Origin: Eledone cirrhosa
Taxonomy: Eukaryota
Direction of reading: 5' to 3'
Length of the DNA: 64,000 nucleotides
Assembly (NCBI GenBank): GCA_964016885.1
Contig: OZ024741.1
Coordinates: 239,010,001 to 239,074,000, forward strand
Under the pieces are notes generated by a model. That model saw nothing but the letters and a program-made list of their open reading frames with translations, was not told the DNA's origin and did not search any database. This document shows positions 42,870-56,150 of this stretch, one piece after another. The position numbers and the translations under genes are program-made. The first letter of the stretch is position 1, and the number at the start of each line of letters is the position of its first letter.

Positions 42870-43160
42870 TTTTAAGTTCATCTTTTTCAAAAGATCTTAC
42901 TTGTAATGGTTATATCTATTGTTAAACCAGCTTTTATGGTGGTTAGTGCTCTATATCAAACTCATCACTATCTTTCTTCCAACTGCTTTCTACATCTTTA
43001 TAAGTTACTTATTCACTCTTGTATGGAATACTGTCATCACATCTGTGTTGATGCATTTACTAGTGTTCCTTATCTCCTTGATCAAATTCAAAAATGAGTT
43101 TTTAATATCGCTGGTCCTCTTTTTGGCAGCTAAACTTCAACCACTCTCTTATAGCAGGAA
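42870..43160 (+). mobile_element. CR1/L2-type LINE RT C-terminal remnant
   Basis: Translates to LHLYKLLIHSCMEYCHHIC...LLDQIQK. Confidence 0.7.
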
Positions 43161-43415
43161 CATATTTGAGGGTCAAAAATCAATTAAAGATATTCACCAC
43201 TTTTTCAATTTATAGGGAAATACATAAATTTGGCATGTTTACATGCCTATATACTCAATGTGTATGTTTATATAGACATTTATGCAGTCTCAGTTACTTC
43301 TGTACTATATATGTACAGATGTAAATTTATTGCATACTTTGGCTTCTTAGTGTACAATTATGGCAGCTTTTCTCTATAAAAGCAAATAAAATAAAAATTG
43401 TTTGTAAACTTATTG

Positions 43416-43460
<45 letters not shown>

Positions 43461-43463
<3 letters not shown>

Positions 43464-44229
43464 TTAAGGATACTATTTATGGTTATGTATACAGTAAAAC
43501 CTTTTATAGTTATATATATTTTAAACCCTAAACAGTGAAAGACAGTAATTTATTACTACCTTATTACCAGTAAGATAAATAGCTCAATGTAATAACATCA
43601 GTTGTTCTACAGAGCAGTTATATAGAAATTACATGAATCAAAGTTCTGTTCAAATCATTTATTCGCTTGCAATTGTTTCTTCCAAACCGAGGTTTGGAGT
43701 CTTCGGAGCAATTTTTCAATGATTGTTTACATACTTGACCTCCTTTTCAACACAAGAGACATACAGAAACATATGTATATATTGATGCACAGTGGGTTGA
43801 CATCCATTAAAATATTTAAGCATGGCAGTTTACATTTAAAGCTTAAAGTCATATTAAAAGAAAATTACAACAAAATTAAAGTTATAATACAACATTGGCA
43901 GTCTATGAAGGTGATGCAGGAGGATAGTTAGAAGCAGTTAGTTACACATGGGGCATTCACGTGTGTCCTATTTATATAAGAATATAGTGCGGTAAGGTGT
44001 TATATGGAATATAAGCACTTTAAGCGGGCAATCAAGAGTATTATGGGGGTTGTATAGTATTTTATATGTATGATATAGAAGCTTGTGTGCAGAGAAATAC
44101 TTAAAATATTAAGAATGAGAAGCAAAACAGTGTTATGGTTTTTCGTATACACCACCATTTTCACAATCCAGGAAACGTAATATATAGATTATATGTCCTT
44201 CACATAATCTACGATGATTCAATAATTTC

Positions 44230-44230
<1 letters not shown>
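43461..44230 (-). mobile_element. Penelope-like 3' fragment between (TA)n tracts with decayed HHR at 43663-43711
   Basis: Minus strand reads TTGCT-CCGAAGA-CTCCAAAC/GTTTGGAA-GAAA-CAATTG-CA-AGCGA then ATAAA. Weak endonuclease-end-like peptide RRLCEGHII...DCENG. Confidence 0.6.
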
Positions 44231-44261
<31 letters not shown>

Positions 44262-44830
44262 TATACATATATATATATATAGGCAACTCAGGGAACTGGG
44301 ATAACTCCGATATAAAACCTGTGACTCAATAGTTACCAATGAAGTTGATGTTTTCTTCTTTTCGAGTTATAGCTACTGTCGCTCAGAGAGTGGGATTGGT
44401 TCAGTGCACAGTCTTTCCTCACTTTAAAAAAATATTCATGCACAGGCATTGCACGATAGAATTAATTAATAATTATTAATAAAGGTATATCGTGCAATGG
44501 TCATACTCGATAACGAGGGGGGCAGCCATCATGTGTATATATATATATGTATGTGTATATGTATATATATATGTATATATATATATGTATATATATATAT
44601 ATGTATGTGTATACATATGTATATATATATATATGTATATATATATACATATGTATATATATATATACATACATATGTATAGATATATATATGTATATAT
44701 ATATATATGTATATAAATGTATGTATATATATATGAATATAAATGTATGTATATATATATATATGTATATATATATGTATATATATATGTATGTATATAT
44801 ATATATATTTATATATATGTATATATATTA

Positions 44831-44891
<61 letters not shown>

Positions 44892-45158
44892 GTATATATA
44901 TATGTATATATATATGTATATATATATATATATATGTATGTATATATATGTATATATATATGTATATATATATATGTATATATATATGTATATATATATG
45001 TATATATATGTATATATATGTATATATATGTATATATATATGTATATATATATATGTATATATATGTATATATATGTATATATATATGTATATATATGTA
45101 TATATATATGTGTATATATATATATATGTATATATATATATGTATATATATATATATG

Positions 45159-45239
<81 letters not shown>

Positions 45240-45253
45240 GTATATATATACAC

Positions 45254-45287
<34 letters not shown>

Positions 45288-45346
45288 GCATATATATATA
45301 TATATATATACACATATATATATATACATATATATATACATATATA

Positions 45347-45673
45347 TCATCATTTCCTTTTACGTCTGCTTTTCCCTGCTTGGAAGGGTGGGACGGGAAC
45401 TGATTCTGGCTTGATTTCTACAGCTGGATGCCCTTCCTAACACCAACCTCATTTACAGTGAGTGCTGGGTGGTTTTTTTCCATGGCACCTCCACGACCAC
45501 TTTGCAGTGGAATGATATGGACCCCAGTCCTATCATCTCATTTCTACAGCTGAGTAAACTGGAGCAATGTGAAATAAAGTGTCTTGCTCAAGGAAACAAC
45601 ACATCACCCGGTCTGAGAATTGAACTCACAACCTTGCAAGGCCAATGCTCTAACCACTAAGCCATGTGCCTCC
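45347..45673 (-). mobile_element. SINE family 1
   Basis: Reverse-complement copy with (TA)n on both sides. Confidence 0.9.
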
Positions 45674-45759
<86 letters not shown>

Positions 45760-45797
45760 TGTATGTATATATATATATATGTATATATATATGTATG

Positions 45798-45848
<51 letters not shown>

Positions 45849-45868
45849 ATATATACATATATATATAC

Positions 45869-45924
<56 letters not shown>

Positions 45925-46010
45925 GTGTATATATATATGTGTGTATATATATATGTATATATATATATATATGTATATATATATACATATATATGTATAT
46001 ATATATATAT

Positions 46011-46836
46011 ATGGAAAAAATGAAATTTCATTTCTCATTCTTAGTACAGCTGATACTTAAATATAAGTATGTATACGTACATATATGTATACAGACGTAC
46101 AGTAGTATGTATATACATACATACATGCACACATATATATATGTATGTATGGGTTTACCGAACATTTATTATAATGCTCGGTTTGTTTGTAAACAAACAG
46201 CCCGAATTATTAGCCTTACAGTATTCGGCAACCATTTTTGCCCTTTTCTTCAACACTGACAAAGGAATGATGTACTAGTTTCAAGCTTATTAGCTATCAT
46301 CTGCATCGTATACCTTCATGCTAGATGATTGAACTTCTGAAAGTATATACTTTAAGTAACAGCCGTACTAAGACTGAGAAATTAAATTTTGTTTCATTTT
46401 CTCCATTTAGCGTTTTCGGTGCGCCCGGTCGACTAACTCACTCGATATGCAAATTAGGCTGCTCAGCCGTTAATATGCATAAGGAAAGTATATACTTTCA
46501 GACGTTCAATCATCTGGCAGGAAAGTATACGATGCTGACGATAACTAAAAAGCTTGAAACTAGTACATCATTCCTTTGTCAGTGTTGAACAAAAGGGCAA
46601 CGATGGTTGCTGAACACTGTACGGCTTAATTTGGGCTGTTTGTTTACAAACAAACCGAGCATTATATTAAATGTTCGATAAACCCATACGTACATATATA
46701 TATGTGTGCATGTATGTATATATATATATACATACTACTGTACGTCTGTATACATATATGTATGTACGTATACATACTTATATTTAAGTAACAGCGGTAC
46801 TAAGAGTGAGAAATAAAATTTTGTTTCATTTTTCCA

Positions 46837-46837
<1 letters not shown>
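46011..46837. mobile_element. Palindromic non-coding HHR element (two ~345-bp inverted arms)
   Basis: Arms 46011-46353 and 46485-46837 are reverse complements of each other. Confidence 0.85.
46531..46569 (+). ncRNA. Type-I hammerhead; mirrored decayed copy at 46269-46307 on the minus strand
   Basis: GATG-CTGACGA-TAACT/AGCTT-GAAA-CTAG-TA-CATC. Stem I extends through CTGGCAG/TTGTCAG and GTTCAA/TTGAAC. Confidence 0.8.
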
Positions 46838-46883
<46 letters not shown>

Positions 46884-47314
46884 ATATATATATACATATA
46901 TATGTATGTATATACATATATAGATATATGTATGTATGCATATACATATATGTATATATATGTATGTATGTATGTATATACATATATGTATATATATATA
47001 TGTATGTATATACATATATATATGTATGTATGTATATACATATATATATATGTATGTATATACATATATGTATATATATATATGTATGTATATACATATG
47101 TGTATATATATATGTGTATGTCTATATATATGTATGTATATATATATGTATGTATATGTATATATATATGTATGTATATATATATGTATGTATTTATATA
47201 TATATGTATATATATATGTATGTATATATATACATATATATATTTGTATATATATGTATGTATATATATATGTATGTATATATATATGTGTATGTATATA
47301 TATATATATTTATG

Positions 47315-47345
<31 letters not shown>

Positions 47346-47350
47346 GTATG

Positions 47351-47383
<33 letters not shown>

Positions 47384-47485
47384 GTATGTATATATATATG
47401 TATATATATATATATGTATGTATGTATATATATATACATACACATATATATATATACATACATACATATATATATTCATACATAC

Positions 47486-47516
<31 letters not shown>

Positions 47517-48281
47517 CATACATATACATATATATATACATATACATACATATATATATATATACATACATATATATATACATACATATATATATGTATG
47601 TATATATAAATACATACATATATATACATGCATACAAGACTAACAAGCATATATTAGTTTCACATGATTTTTAAACTTTATATACTCATTTTCTTCACTA
47701 TTTGTTTTTTTGAACATATATTACATCTAAAACTGTAACATCCTAAATCATGCGAAATTTGACAGTTTTAACATAATCAAGCAAATCTTAAAAGAATAAT
47801 TTAAAACATGGTTGAGAATCACGGAATATTGCAGGACTGTACACTCTTGGGAAATTATGTTTTCACAGCTAACAGCCATTAAACTGAAAATCTGCCTAAA
47901 TTAACAAGACACATATGTTAAATTATAGCTACTGGGGAATTGTTACAGTTTGTAGTAAGGATAATTTTTTCTTGATGCACTGGATATTGTTCACATTATA
48001 ATTTCAAATATCATTTTATAGCTAGTATTATAATTACAAATTATGATATTCTTTCCATAAAAGAGCATTATTATACTGCTAACATTTTTTATTTCATAAC
48101 ATTTATTCCAGTAGTGGGAGAAGATACTGTTAGTGTGGATATAGATGTATCATTCAATGCTGTTAATCTATCTATTGGAAAATCCCGTTTCACTCTAAAC
48201 ATTCCATGTATTCAATTTTGGCAGTTAGGAAGAAACATCAAATAACTTTTACTAATTTCTAGTTTATCTAAACATTATTTC

Positions 48282-48462
48282 TGGCAGTATCGGTAGAGGG
48301 TCGGACGCGATGCTTTGACGTATAGAGTTACGTCCCTTGCCATTCTGAGTTCAAATCTCGCCGAGGTTAACTTTGCCTTTCATCCTTATGGGGTCGATAA
48401 AATAAAGTACCAGTAATGCACTGAGTAATTGCTGGCCTTGTGCCAAAAGTAGAAACAATTAT
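48282..48462 (+). mobile_element. SINE family 2
   Basis: Close match to the other copies. Confidence 0.88.
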
Positions 48463-49152
48463 TTATGAATGAACAGCATTTGTCCTATAATATTGTCAGA
48501 CGATGTAAAAACAGGCAGCTTGGGTGTAAAGCATACCCTTCTTTTGTTATGACCCTTAATACACATTTAAACATTTATCCTATATTTTCTGAATATTTCT
48601 ATACTCAAACATGAGATGATTATTTAGCTCTATTCTTTTTTATATCATATTTAACAGCACAGTTAAGATGTTTCCATACATCATTTTCTAACAATCTTCT
48701 TCCTATTGTACTCAAAAGATTAATAGGAATTATCTTCCTTCCTAAAATTTACTACCATATGCAGTCATATAGATGGCAAATTGGCTCACTGTGTTCTCTG
48801 ATTTCAAATCCCATAAAGGTCAACTTTTCATCCTTTTGAGGTCGATAAAAAAAGTGCCAGTCCACTAGAGGAGTCAAATATTTCTTTATATCTTTTTTTC
48901 ACTTCTCTATCATTCTCTGGAAGAAATCGTTTGTGTTCAAACATGGAGAGGAGATGGGCACCGTCAGGTTTAAAGGGTCCATACATACATACATACAAAA
49001 ATACATACATACACTTACTCGCTCATATAGCAGTTATGTTTATATTTACATTTCAGGTTTTGACTTTTACATAAGTCACATTTTGCTTTCCATAAATATT
49101 CTTTGAGACTTTGCTTGTCGCTATGCTTAAATCAACAATAAAAAAATTTTAA

Positions 49153-49334
49153 ATAATTGTTTCTACTTTTGGCACAAGGCCAGCAATTATCCCAGTGCAT
49201 TACTGGTACTTTATTTTATCGACCCTGTAAGGATGAAAGGCAAAGTTAACCTCGGCGGGATTTGAACTCAGATCATAAAGGGCCGTAACTCTATGCTGCA
49301 AAGCATGACGTCCGACCTTCTACCGATACTGCCA
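49153..49334 (-). mobile_element. SINE family 2
   Basis: Reverse-complement copy. Confidence 0.88.
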
Positions 49335-49416
49335 TTTAAATAATGAAATAATCCCAATCAGTGTTGATACAGTCTAGCAATCTCCTAGAACAATAGATAC
49401 TGTACCAATGTGTTCC

Positions 49417-49723
49417 TATCATCTCTGCATAGAACAAACACACTAGGCAGTGCTTTTCTATTGCCAATGTGTGTTTGTGTGTTACCATGTACACTAAATG
49501 CAGTAGTTTAGTACTCACTGTGAATTTTAAGCCAGAATGAGGTTCAGTAGATAATAAAAATATTTTTGAAAATAAATAATACTGCAACTTATCTACAAGT
49601 ATAAAAGGTATATACAGATAATCTCTCTCTCTCTGTATATATATATGTGTGTGTGTGTGTGTGTATAGATATATATAATAAAACTGCAACTTATCTACAA
49701 GTATAAAAGGTACATACAGATAG

Positions 49724-49754
<31 letters not shown>

Positions 49755-49762
49755 ATATATAT

Positions 49763-49822
<60 letters not shown>

Positions 49823-50052
49823 ATATATATATACAGAGAGAGAGAGACTATCTGTATGTACCTTTTATACTTGTAGATAAGTTGCAGTTTTATTTATTTT
49901 CAAAAATATTTTTATTATCTACTGAACCTCATTCTGGCTTAAAATTTACAGTGAGTACTAAACTACTGCATTTAGTGTACATGGTAACACACAAACACAC
50001 ATTGGCAATAGAAAAGCACTGCCTAGTGTGTTTGTTCTATGCAGAGATGATA
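49417..50052. repeat. Near-perfect inverted duplication (~230-bp arms) centred on (TA)n
   Basis: The same peptide appears in the ORF track on both strands (49336-49770 minus, 49813-50085 plus). Confidence 0.95.
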
Positions 50053-50174
50053 TATATATATGATTCCAGTTCCTCAGTGAAATAACAACCCAACCAGGAA
50101 CTGGGCATATCAGAGTATTGACAAAATTATACACTTCAACAACATATGTACTTGTCTATACCACACTAATTCAA

Positions 50175-50229
50175 ACTGCCTGAAGAGGTCACAGCCAAAG
50201 ATGGCTGTCACTGAAATATATATAGCAGT
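50175..50229 (+). ncRNA. Type-I hammerhead, intact core, within insert 50063-50418
   Basis: ACTGC-CTGAAGA-GGTCACAGCC/GGCTGTCACT-GAAA-TATATATA-GCAGT-AATAAA. Confidence 0.88.
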
Positions 50230-50423
50230 AATAAACGAAGCTAAATTTTAAACATTTGACTTTTTATTTAACTTTATTTTACATTACTCCGGAGTAACCA
50301 AACCAACCTGCGCACTTCGTTGAGTGCTCCAGCCTGCATACTGAGGTGTTGGTATACAATCAACATATACTCAAAATCTTGGTCTTCCTCTTCTAGTGTG
50401 TCCATGTAGGGGCTCTCAATATA

Positions 50424-50510
<87 letters not shown>

Positions 50511-50620
50511 CGTTTCTGAATTTGTTTACCAAGATTCTTTATCTGAAATCGTGTGTTGAAACCAATATTGTTATACAACATGACCCTCCCAAAGTATAGC
50601 AATATATATATATATGTATA

Positions 50621-50664
<44 letters not shown>

Positions 50665-50668
<4 letters not shown>

Positions 50669-51625
50669 ATAAGGAGTATTTAACAATGCCAGGACCGGTT
50701 GTATCTCAGCGTACTCAATAGATAATGTAGGATACATTCCCAGAGTATACACAGTTATTCACTTCAATATAACACACGTAAAAGGGTGCCTATAGTAGTT
50801 CCCGGACTCGAGTTTCGGCCACACTTAATGCAGCAGTAGGGTGCACTGCACCCTCTGTCTGCATATATTATGCAACAATGCATAATCGGCGCATGTGGCT
50901 TCATCAGCGGGTGTCACCTAATCAAGAACCAAGCGATCGACAGAATTCAACTCCAGTCCTTGCCGGCTATGACTGTTTGTGACGGCCGACACAGTAAAGT
51001 GATTAGCAACTGGAATCTGATACAATTCCATCCCCCGATCAGCCACTTATTTACAAATTTACGTAGGGGCAGGAGATTAGAAAACAAATATTTCCGCTCC
51101 CGTCTAAAGCTCTCAGCCAACGTGTCTCAAACACAAATTAATAAGATAGTGAAAAGTTGGTTATTAGAAAAAGCTGTCCCACATCGTTGTATAATAGAAT
51201 GGTAGCATTTGGCTCTAGTCTTCAAGTTCCATGGCTAGAGGATAGCGATAGTAACAGTGGTAGTGCCTAAAACCTTTATCCAGACATTAAATGCCAGCAT
51301 CTATTATAGAGTAGCGTGCTGGTTAGCGACAGCCACGTGTGTAAACCAGTCTATTTCACAACTCAAACGATTCAATAAGTGAGTGAGAGAGAAAATTAAT
51401 AGCAGGAATTAGAGCACATATCAAAACAAAACACAATAAAAGAAGTGAAAGATTGTTTAACTTACTCTCATTAGTCTGCTTGTTGGGAGATAATAATAAT
51501 AAGGAGTTGATGGACCCAGCATATTTATCAATGCCAGGACCGGTTGTATCTCAGCGTACTCAATAGGTAATGTAGAATACATTCCCAGAGCATACACATA
51601 GTTATTTGCTTCAATACAACACACA
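50665..51625 (-). mobile_element. Non-coding retrozyme-like or mini-Penelope element with ~115-bp terminal direct repeats
   Basis: Repeats at about 50665-50777 and 51496-51625 (aatgccaggaccggttgtatctcagcgtactcaatag...). TA-rich flanks. Confidence 0.75.
50801..50911 (-). ncRNA. Type-I hammerhead with branched stem II
   Basis: Minus strand reads CCCG-CTGATGA-AGCCACA...TGTGGCC-GAAA-CTCGAG-TC-CGGG. Confidence 0.9.
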
Positions 51626-51959
51626 TATATATGATGCTGAAATGGCTGCATATATAAGCAATGGTATAAAAGAAAGGAGTTGCACCAGACTTTGTTGATA
51701 CAGTCTCAAACACTCATCCCAACAATTGCAACCAATTTTACTGTAATTATTTTCAAACATGTAATTACAAACTAGAGTGGTCGTGAGAACCTCAACAATA
51801 TATCATCACATTCGATGATATTGGGAAATAATTAGCGGGTGTTTACTTTTTAAAAATTGTTTAAAGTCCTTTACCACATCAAACTGCATTAGCAAGACAT
51901 TCATGAATAGTACAAAATTGCACTATGACTGTATTACATTAAAAATTGATATATTTACT

Positions 51960-52014
51960 TTAGTGCATCTTTAGTGCATCTTTAGTGCATCTTTAGTGCA
52001 TCTTTAGTGCATCT
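51960..52014. repeat. 11-bp tandem repeat (tttagtgcatc) x5
   Basis: Directly visible. Confidence 0.95.
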
Positions 52015-52181
52015 TTTCACAATCTGTTCATCAGCAAAGATACTATAAATATTTGAATTAACAAATTTATTTTTAGATATTTCTATGAAATCATTACAAA
52101 ATGTTATGAGTTAAGTCATAATGAAGACCCATAAAACTAGTTAAGAAGCTTCTTGTAAGTTTACTTCATTATTGATTGTTT

Positions 52182-52374
52182 AGGGCGGTGGATTGGCAGT
52201 ATCGGTAGAGGGTAGGATGTCAGGCTTTGACGCATATAGTTACGGCCCTTTCCATTCTGAGTTCAAATCCCGCCGAGGTCAACTTTGCCTTTCATCCTTA
52301 CGGGGTCGATAAAATAAAGTACCAGTAATGTACTGGATAATTGCCGGCCTTGTGCCAAAAGTAGAAACAATTAT
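52182..52374 (+). mobile_element. Full-length SINE family 2 with TSD attattgattgttta
   Basis: A 15-bp direct repeat flanks the element. Confidence 0.9.
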
Positions 52375-55300
52375 TGATTGTTTACAAAACTCTCCCCAGC
52401 TATCATTCTATTAACCCTTTCTTTACCATATGTCTAATGAAGGATACTGTCTATGATTTTTAAATAATTAAGAATTTGAAGGCATTTATTAAAATAACTA
52501 ACTTTCTCATTATTAAGCTAGTGTTTGGAACATAACTTAGAAGAATTTAGTGGATGGAAATGTATTGGGAGAGACAGTTTTCAAGTTAATGAATTCAGTA
52601 GAACTTTATTGAAAGCAAGCAACTGCCAGAGGCAACACAATTTAGCTATTTGTCTTACTGATGACATAAAGGTAAAATCTACATTCAAATATGGAAACTT
52701 GGCATTTTATTTTTCACAAATATTATTGTCTTGCTCCTGAATAGGATACTAGTCATAAATGTGTTTTCCTCAAAACTACACTAACAGGATTTGAATTCCA
52801 GTCATTAACTATCAAACCTCTATGTTTAACATCCAGTCAACATCACAGGAAAACAAGTAAATGGATAGGGTATTTGACTCACAATAAGGTCATGAGTTTG
52901 ATTCATGGTAACGTGTTGTCTCTTTGAGCAAAATAATTTATTTCATGTTGCTCCAGTCCACTCAGCTGGGGAAAATGAGTTGTATCTGTAATTCAAGTGG
53001 CCAACCTTGCCATTCACTCATGCTGAATCTCCTTGAGAACTACACTAAGAGGATACATGTCTGTGGAATGCTCAACTGCTTCTTGCACATTAATTTCACA
53101 AGCAGACTGTTCCTTTGTTGGAATAACTGGAACACTCATCGTAACCAATGGAGGTTTAACACACACCACCACTAAAAATGTTTGAATAAATTCAACCTAA
53201 GCAGGACTTGAACCACAGAATCATAACTTTGGAACTTGTAATGTCTGAAGCAACTCAACAAACCACCAATGGGTTGTATTACATTGTCATTGTTATTGTT
53301 GTTTAGTATCAGGAGTATGTTCAACTGTATTATCTAAGGTGGCCTTTTCATATTTAAAAATGTATGGTAGACTCACTCACTGGTGCAACACACTGTATCT
53401 TTGTATGGTTCTGTAGTGACCTACATTCTGAGGGCTCTTGAATACATAGCGATTGGCTGAACTGAGCCAAACAATGCACGCAGAATATATTCAAGAGCCC
53501 TCAGAATGTAGGATTGTAGTGACCTAGAGTTCTATCTTGTTGTATAGTACGAATTACTATAGATGATTGCCTGCAAGGTAGTAGTGCTGGTTCTATGACA
53601 AAAAGTACCCAGTCCACCCTGTAAGATGGTAGTGCTGGTACCATGAAAAAGTCTCCCAGTACATGCTGTGAAGCAGGTAACATTAGGAAGTACAACCAGC
53701 AGTAGGAAACCAAGCCGACATCAGTATGCATGAGTCAGACATGGTTACCTGACCTGTCTGGCCTTATAATGTAACAGCCCATCTAACCCATGCAAGCAGG
53801 GAAAATAAACATTAAATGGTGATGATGATGATTGTGTGGTGTCATTGTGTGGTGTTGTGCAGTGCTGTTGTATGGTGTCACTATGTAGTTAATGTATAGT
53901 ATTGTAGTGTGGTGTCATTGAGGGTTGTTGTGTTGTGTCACTATATAATGTTGCTGCATGATATCAGTGTGTGGTTCTACTTCATTATATCACTGTGGTG
54001 TATGTGTGTATGGGTGATGCTACTATATATGACACTAGAGCTTAGTGATGTCAAAGCACATAATTGTCTTTGATCAACATAGTTGAAAGAAAATTTATAT
54101 AATTGGGAAATTTATATTAAAACAAAAATTAGTTAGTTGTAAAAATAATTGCTCCAATTCATTCCATTCAACCATGGAAAAGCTAATTGTTAACTGTGTG
54201 CGCGCAGACACACACACACACACACACACACATACACACATAGATTAGGTATATAATTATAAAGTTTGATATATTTTTTCACCACCCCCTTTCAAAAGAT
54301 CTTGCAGCTAAAGCTTCTGGAATATGTGACAGTTTTTGCTGCATGTAGAATGTGTTTAAAAGAAGAAAAATGCCATCTGATGCTATCTGGCAGTAAAATA
54401 TTTATCTTCTCCAAAATACGGTATTTTTATAAATATTTTTATTTAGGTTAGCATTGGCTTCTATTCAGTTTTGGTTAATTGCTCTTGAACTAAATCTTCT
54501 GCCATAATAATTGATAAAAGCCAATGGAATTCTGCACAATATTCACTGCATGATCGATAACAAGGAAAAGACATTTTTTTTCCATATCTGTTATGGTTGA
54601 CCAAATTCCTTGGAGTTTGAGATGCATGTCAGATATCAGAAGTGTCACAATCAAGGAAGATGGATAAAAATGACTGGAGCGTAAACATGTCATTTGGGTC
54701 AGCAGGCAATGCAAAGCCAACCACAATGTAGGGAAGATGTGATTGGATGTCACACTTTTATCCCATTTCCACCCCAATCTATCTACAGTTATGGCAACCA
54801 CTATATCATGATGTAGTGCAGCTAATGAAACGTACACAACATTATAGCTATATTCATTCATTTTTGCAAACTTCCAAGAAATGCATAACATAGATAAGCA
54901 GCATACATATATCTTACGTATTTTTACAAATGGTTGCCTTTTTATATATATATATATATATATATCTTCTTTCTTTTCTCTTAGCTGCATTTTTATTCAG
55001 CAAAGATCTGTAGAGATTAGGGGAGTAAAAATGACTACCATTTGGCCATTACTAATGTATTTTGAGCAACCCCAACCACTACCACCACCATCATACCCAC
55101 TATAGCTTCCATCACTACCACCAATGCCATTTCAGTGTGTAGATACATTAAGGTTTATAAGAAAATAATGATACATGATGAAATAGTAGAGATAGGAGAC
55201 CAGCTAGAATATTATTCCATGTTTTATACTATGTCAGGTTCAAAAAGAAATGATATGGAAACACATTATGTAAATCATATTTTGTTTTTCCCCTCACAGC

Positions 55301-55526
55301 CATTGATCTAATATATAGATGAATTATATATATACATATATATGGGTGTGTATATATATATGTAAGTGTGTGAATATAAGTATACATACATATATATATA
55401 TTTATTTATATATATATACACACACACATATATATGTATGTGTATATGTATATATATATATACACATGTATATATATATACACACACACTTATATATATA
55501 CACACACTTATGTATATATGTATGTG

Positions 55527-55571
<45 letters not shown>

Positions 55572-55628
55572 GTATACATATACATATATATATATACACA
55601 CACGTATGTATATATGTATGTGTATATG

Positions 55629-55659
<31 letters not shown>

Positions 55660-55700
55660 GCGTGTAAGTATATGTAAGCATACATATATATATGTATATA

Positions 55701-56036
55701 TCATCATCATCATCATTTTACGTCCGCTTTTCCCTGCTTGCAAGGGTGGGACGGGAACTGATTTTGGCTTGATTTCTACAGCTGGATGCCCTTCCTAACA
55801 CCAACCTCATTTACAGTGAGTGCTAGGTGCTTTTTTCTGTGGCGCCTCCACGACCAGTTCACAGTGGAATGATATGTACCCCAGTCCTATCATCTCATTT
55901 CTACAGCTGAGTAAACTGGAGCAATGTGAAATAAAGTGTCTTGCTCAAGAAAACAACACATCACCCGGTCTGAGAATTGAACTCACAACCTTTCGATTGC
56001 AAGGCCAATGCTCTAATCACTAAGCCATGTGCCTCC
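55701..56036 (-). mobile_element. SINE family 1
   Basis: Reverse-complement copy in a TA tract. Confidence 0.9.
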
Positions 56037-56150
56037 ATAATATATTCATATATATATATATATATGTAATATATGTGGAAATACACATATATATATATAT
56101 ATATATACATACATATATATAATACATATATATATATATCTATTATATAT

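Larger units (their letters stand above)
44530..47635. repeat. Long interrupted (TA)n/TATG microsatellite field with nested inserts
   Basis: Tracts at 44530-45346, 45676-46010 and 46838-47635. Confidence 0.95.

Noticed and set aside
44476-47674. Numerous YI/IY-repeat ORFs
   Set aside because: They are translations of (TA)n microsatellite.
54490-54850. 166-aa ORF or mariner transposase remnant
   Set aside because: Only a faint resemblance (HLPY, LWQKI) across frameshifts, which cannot be supported.
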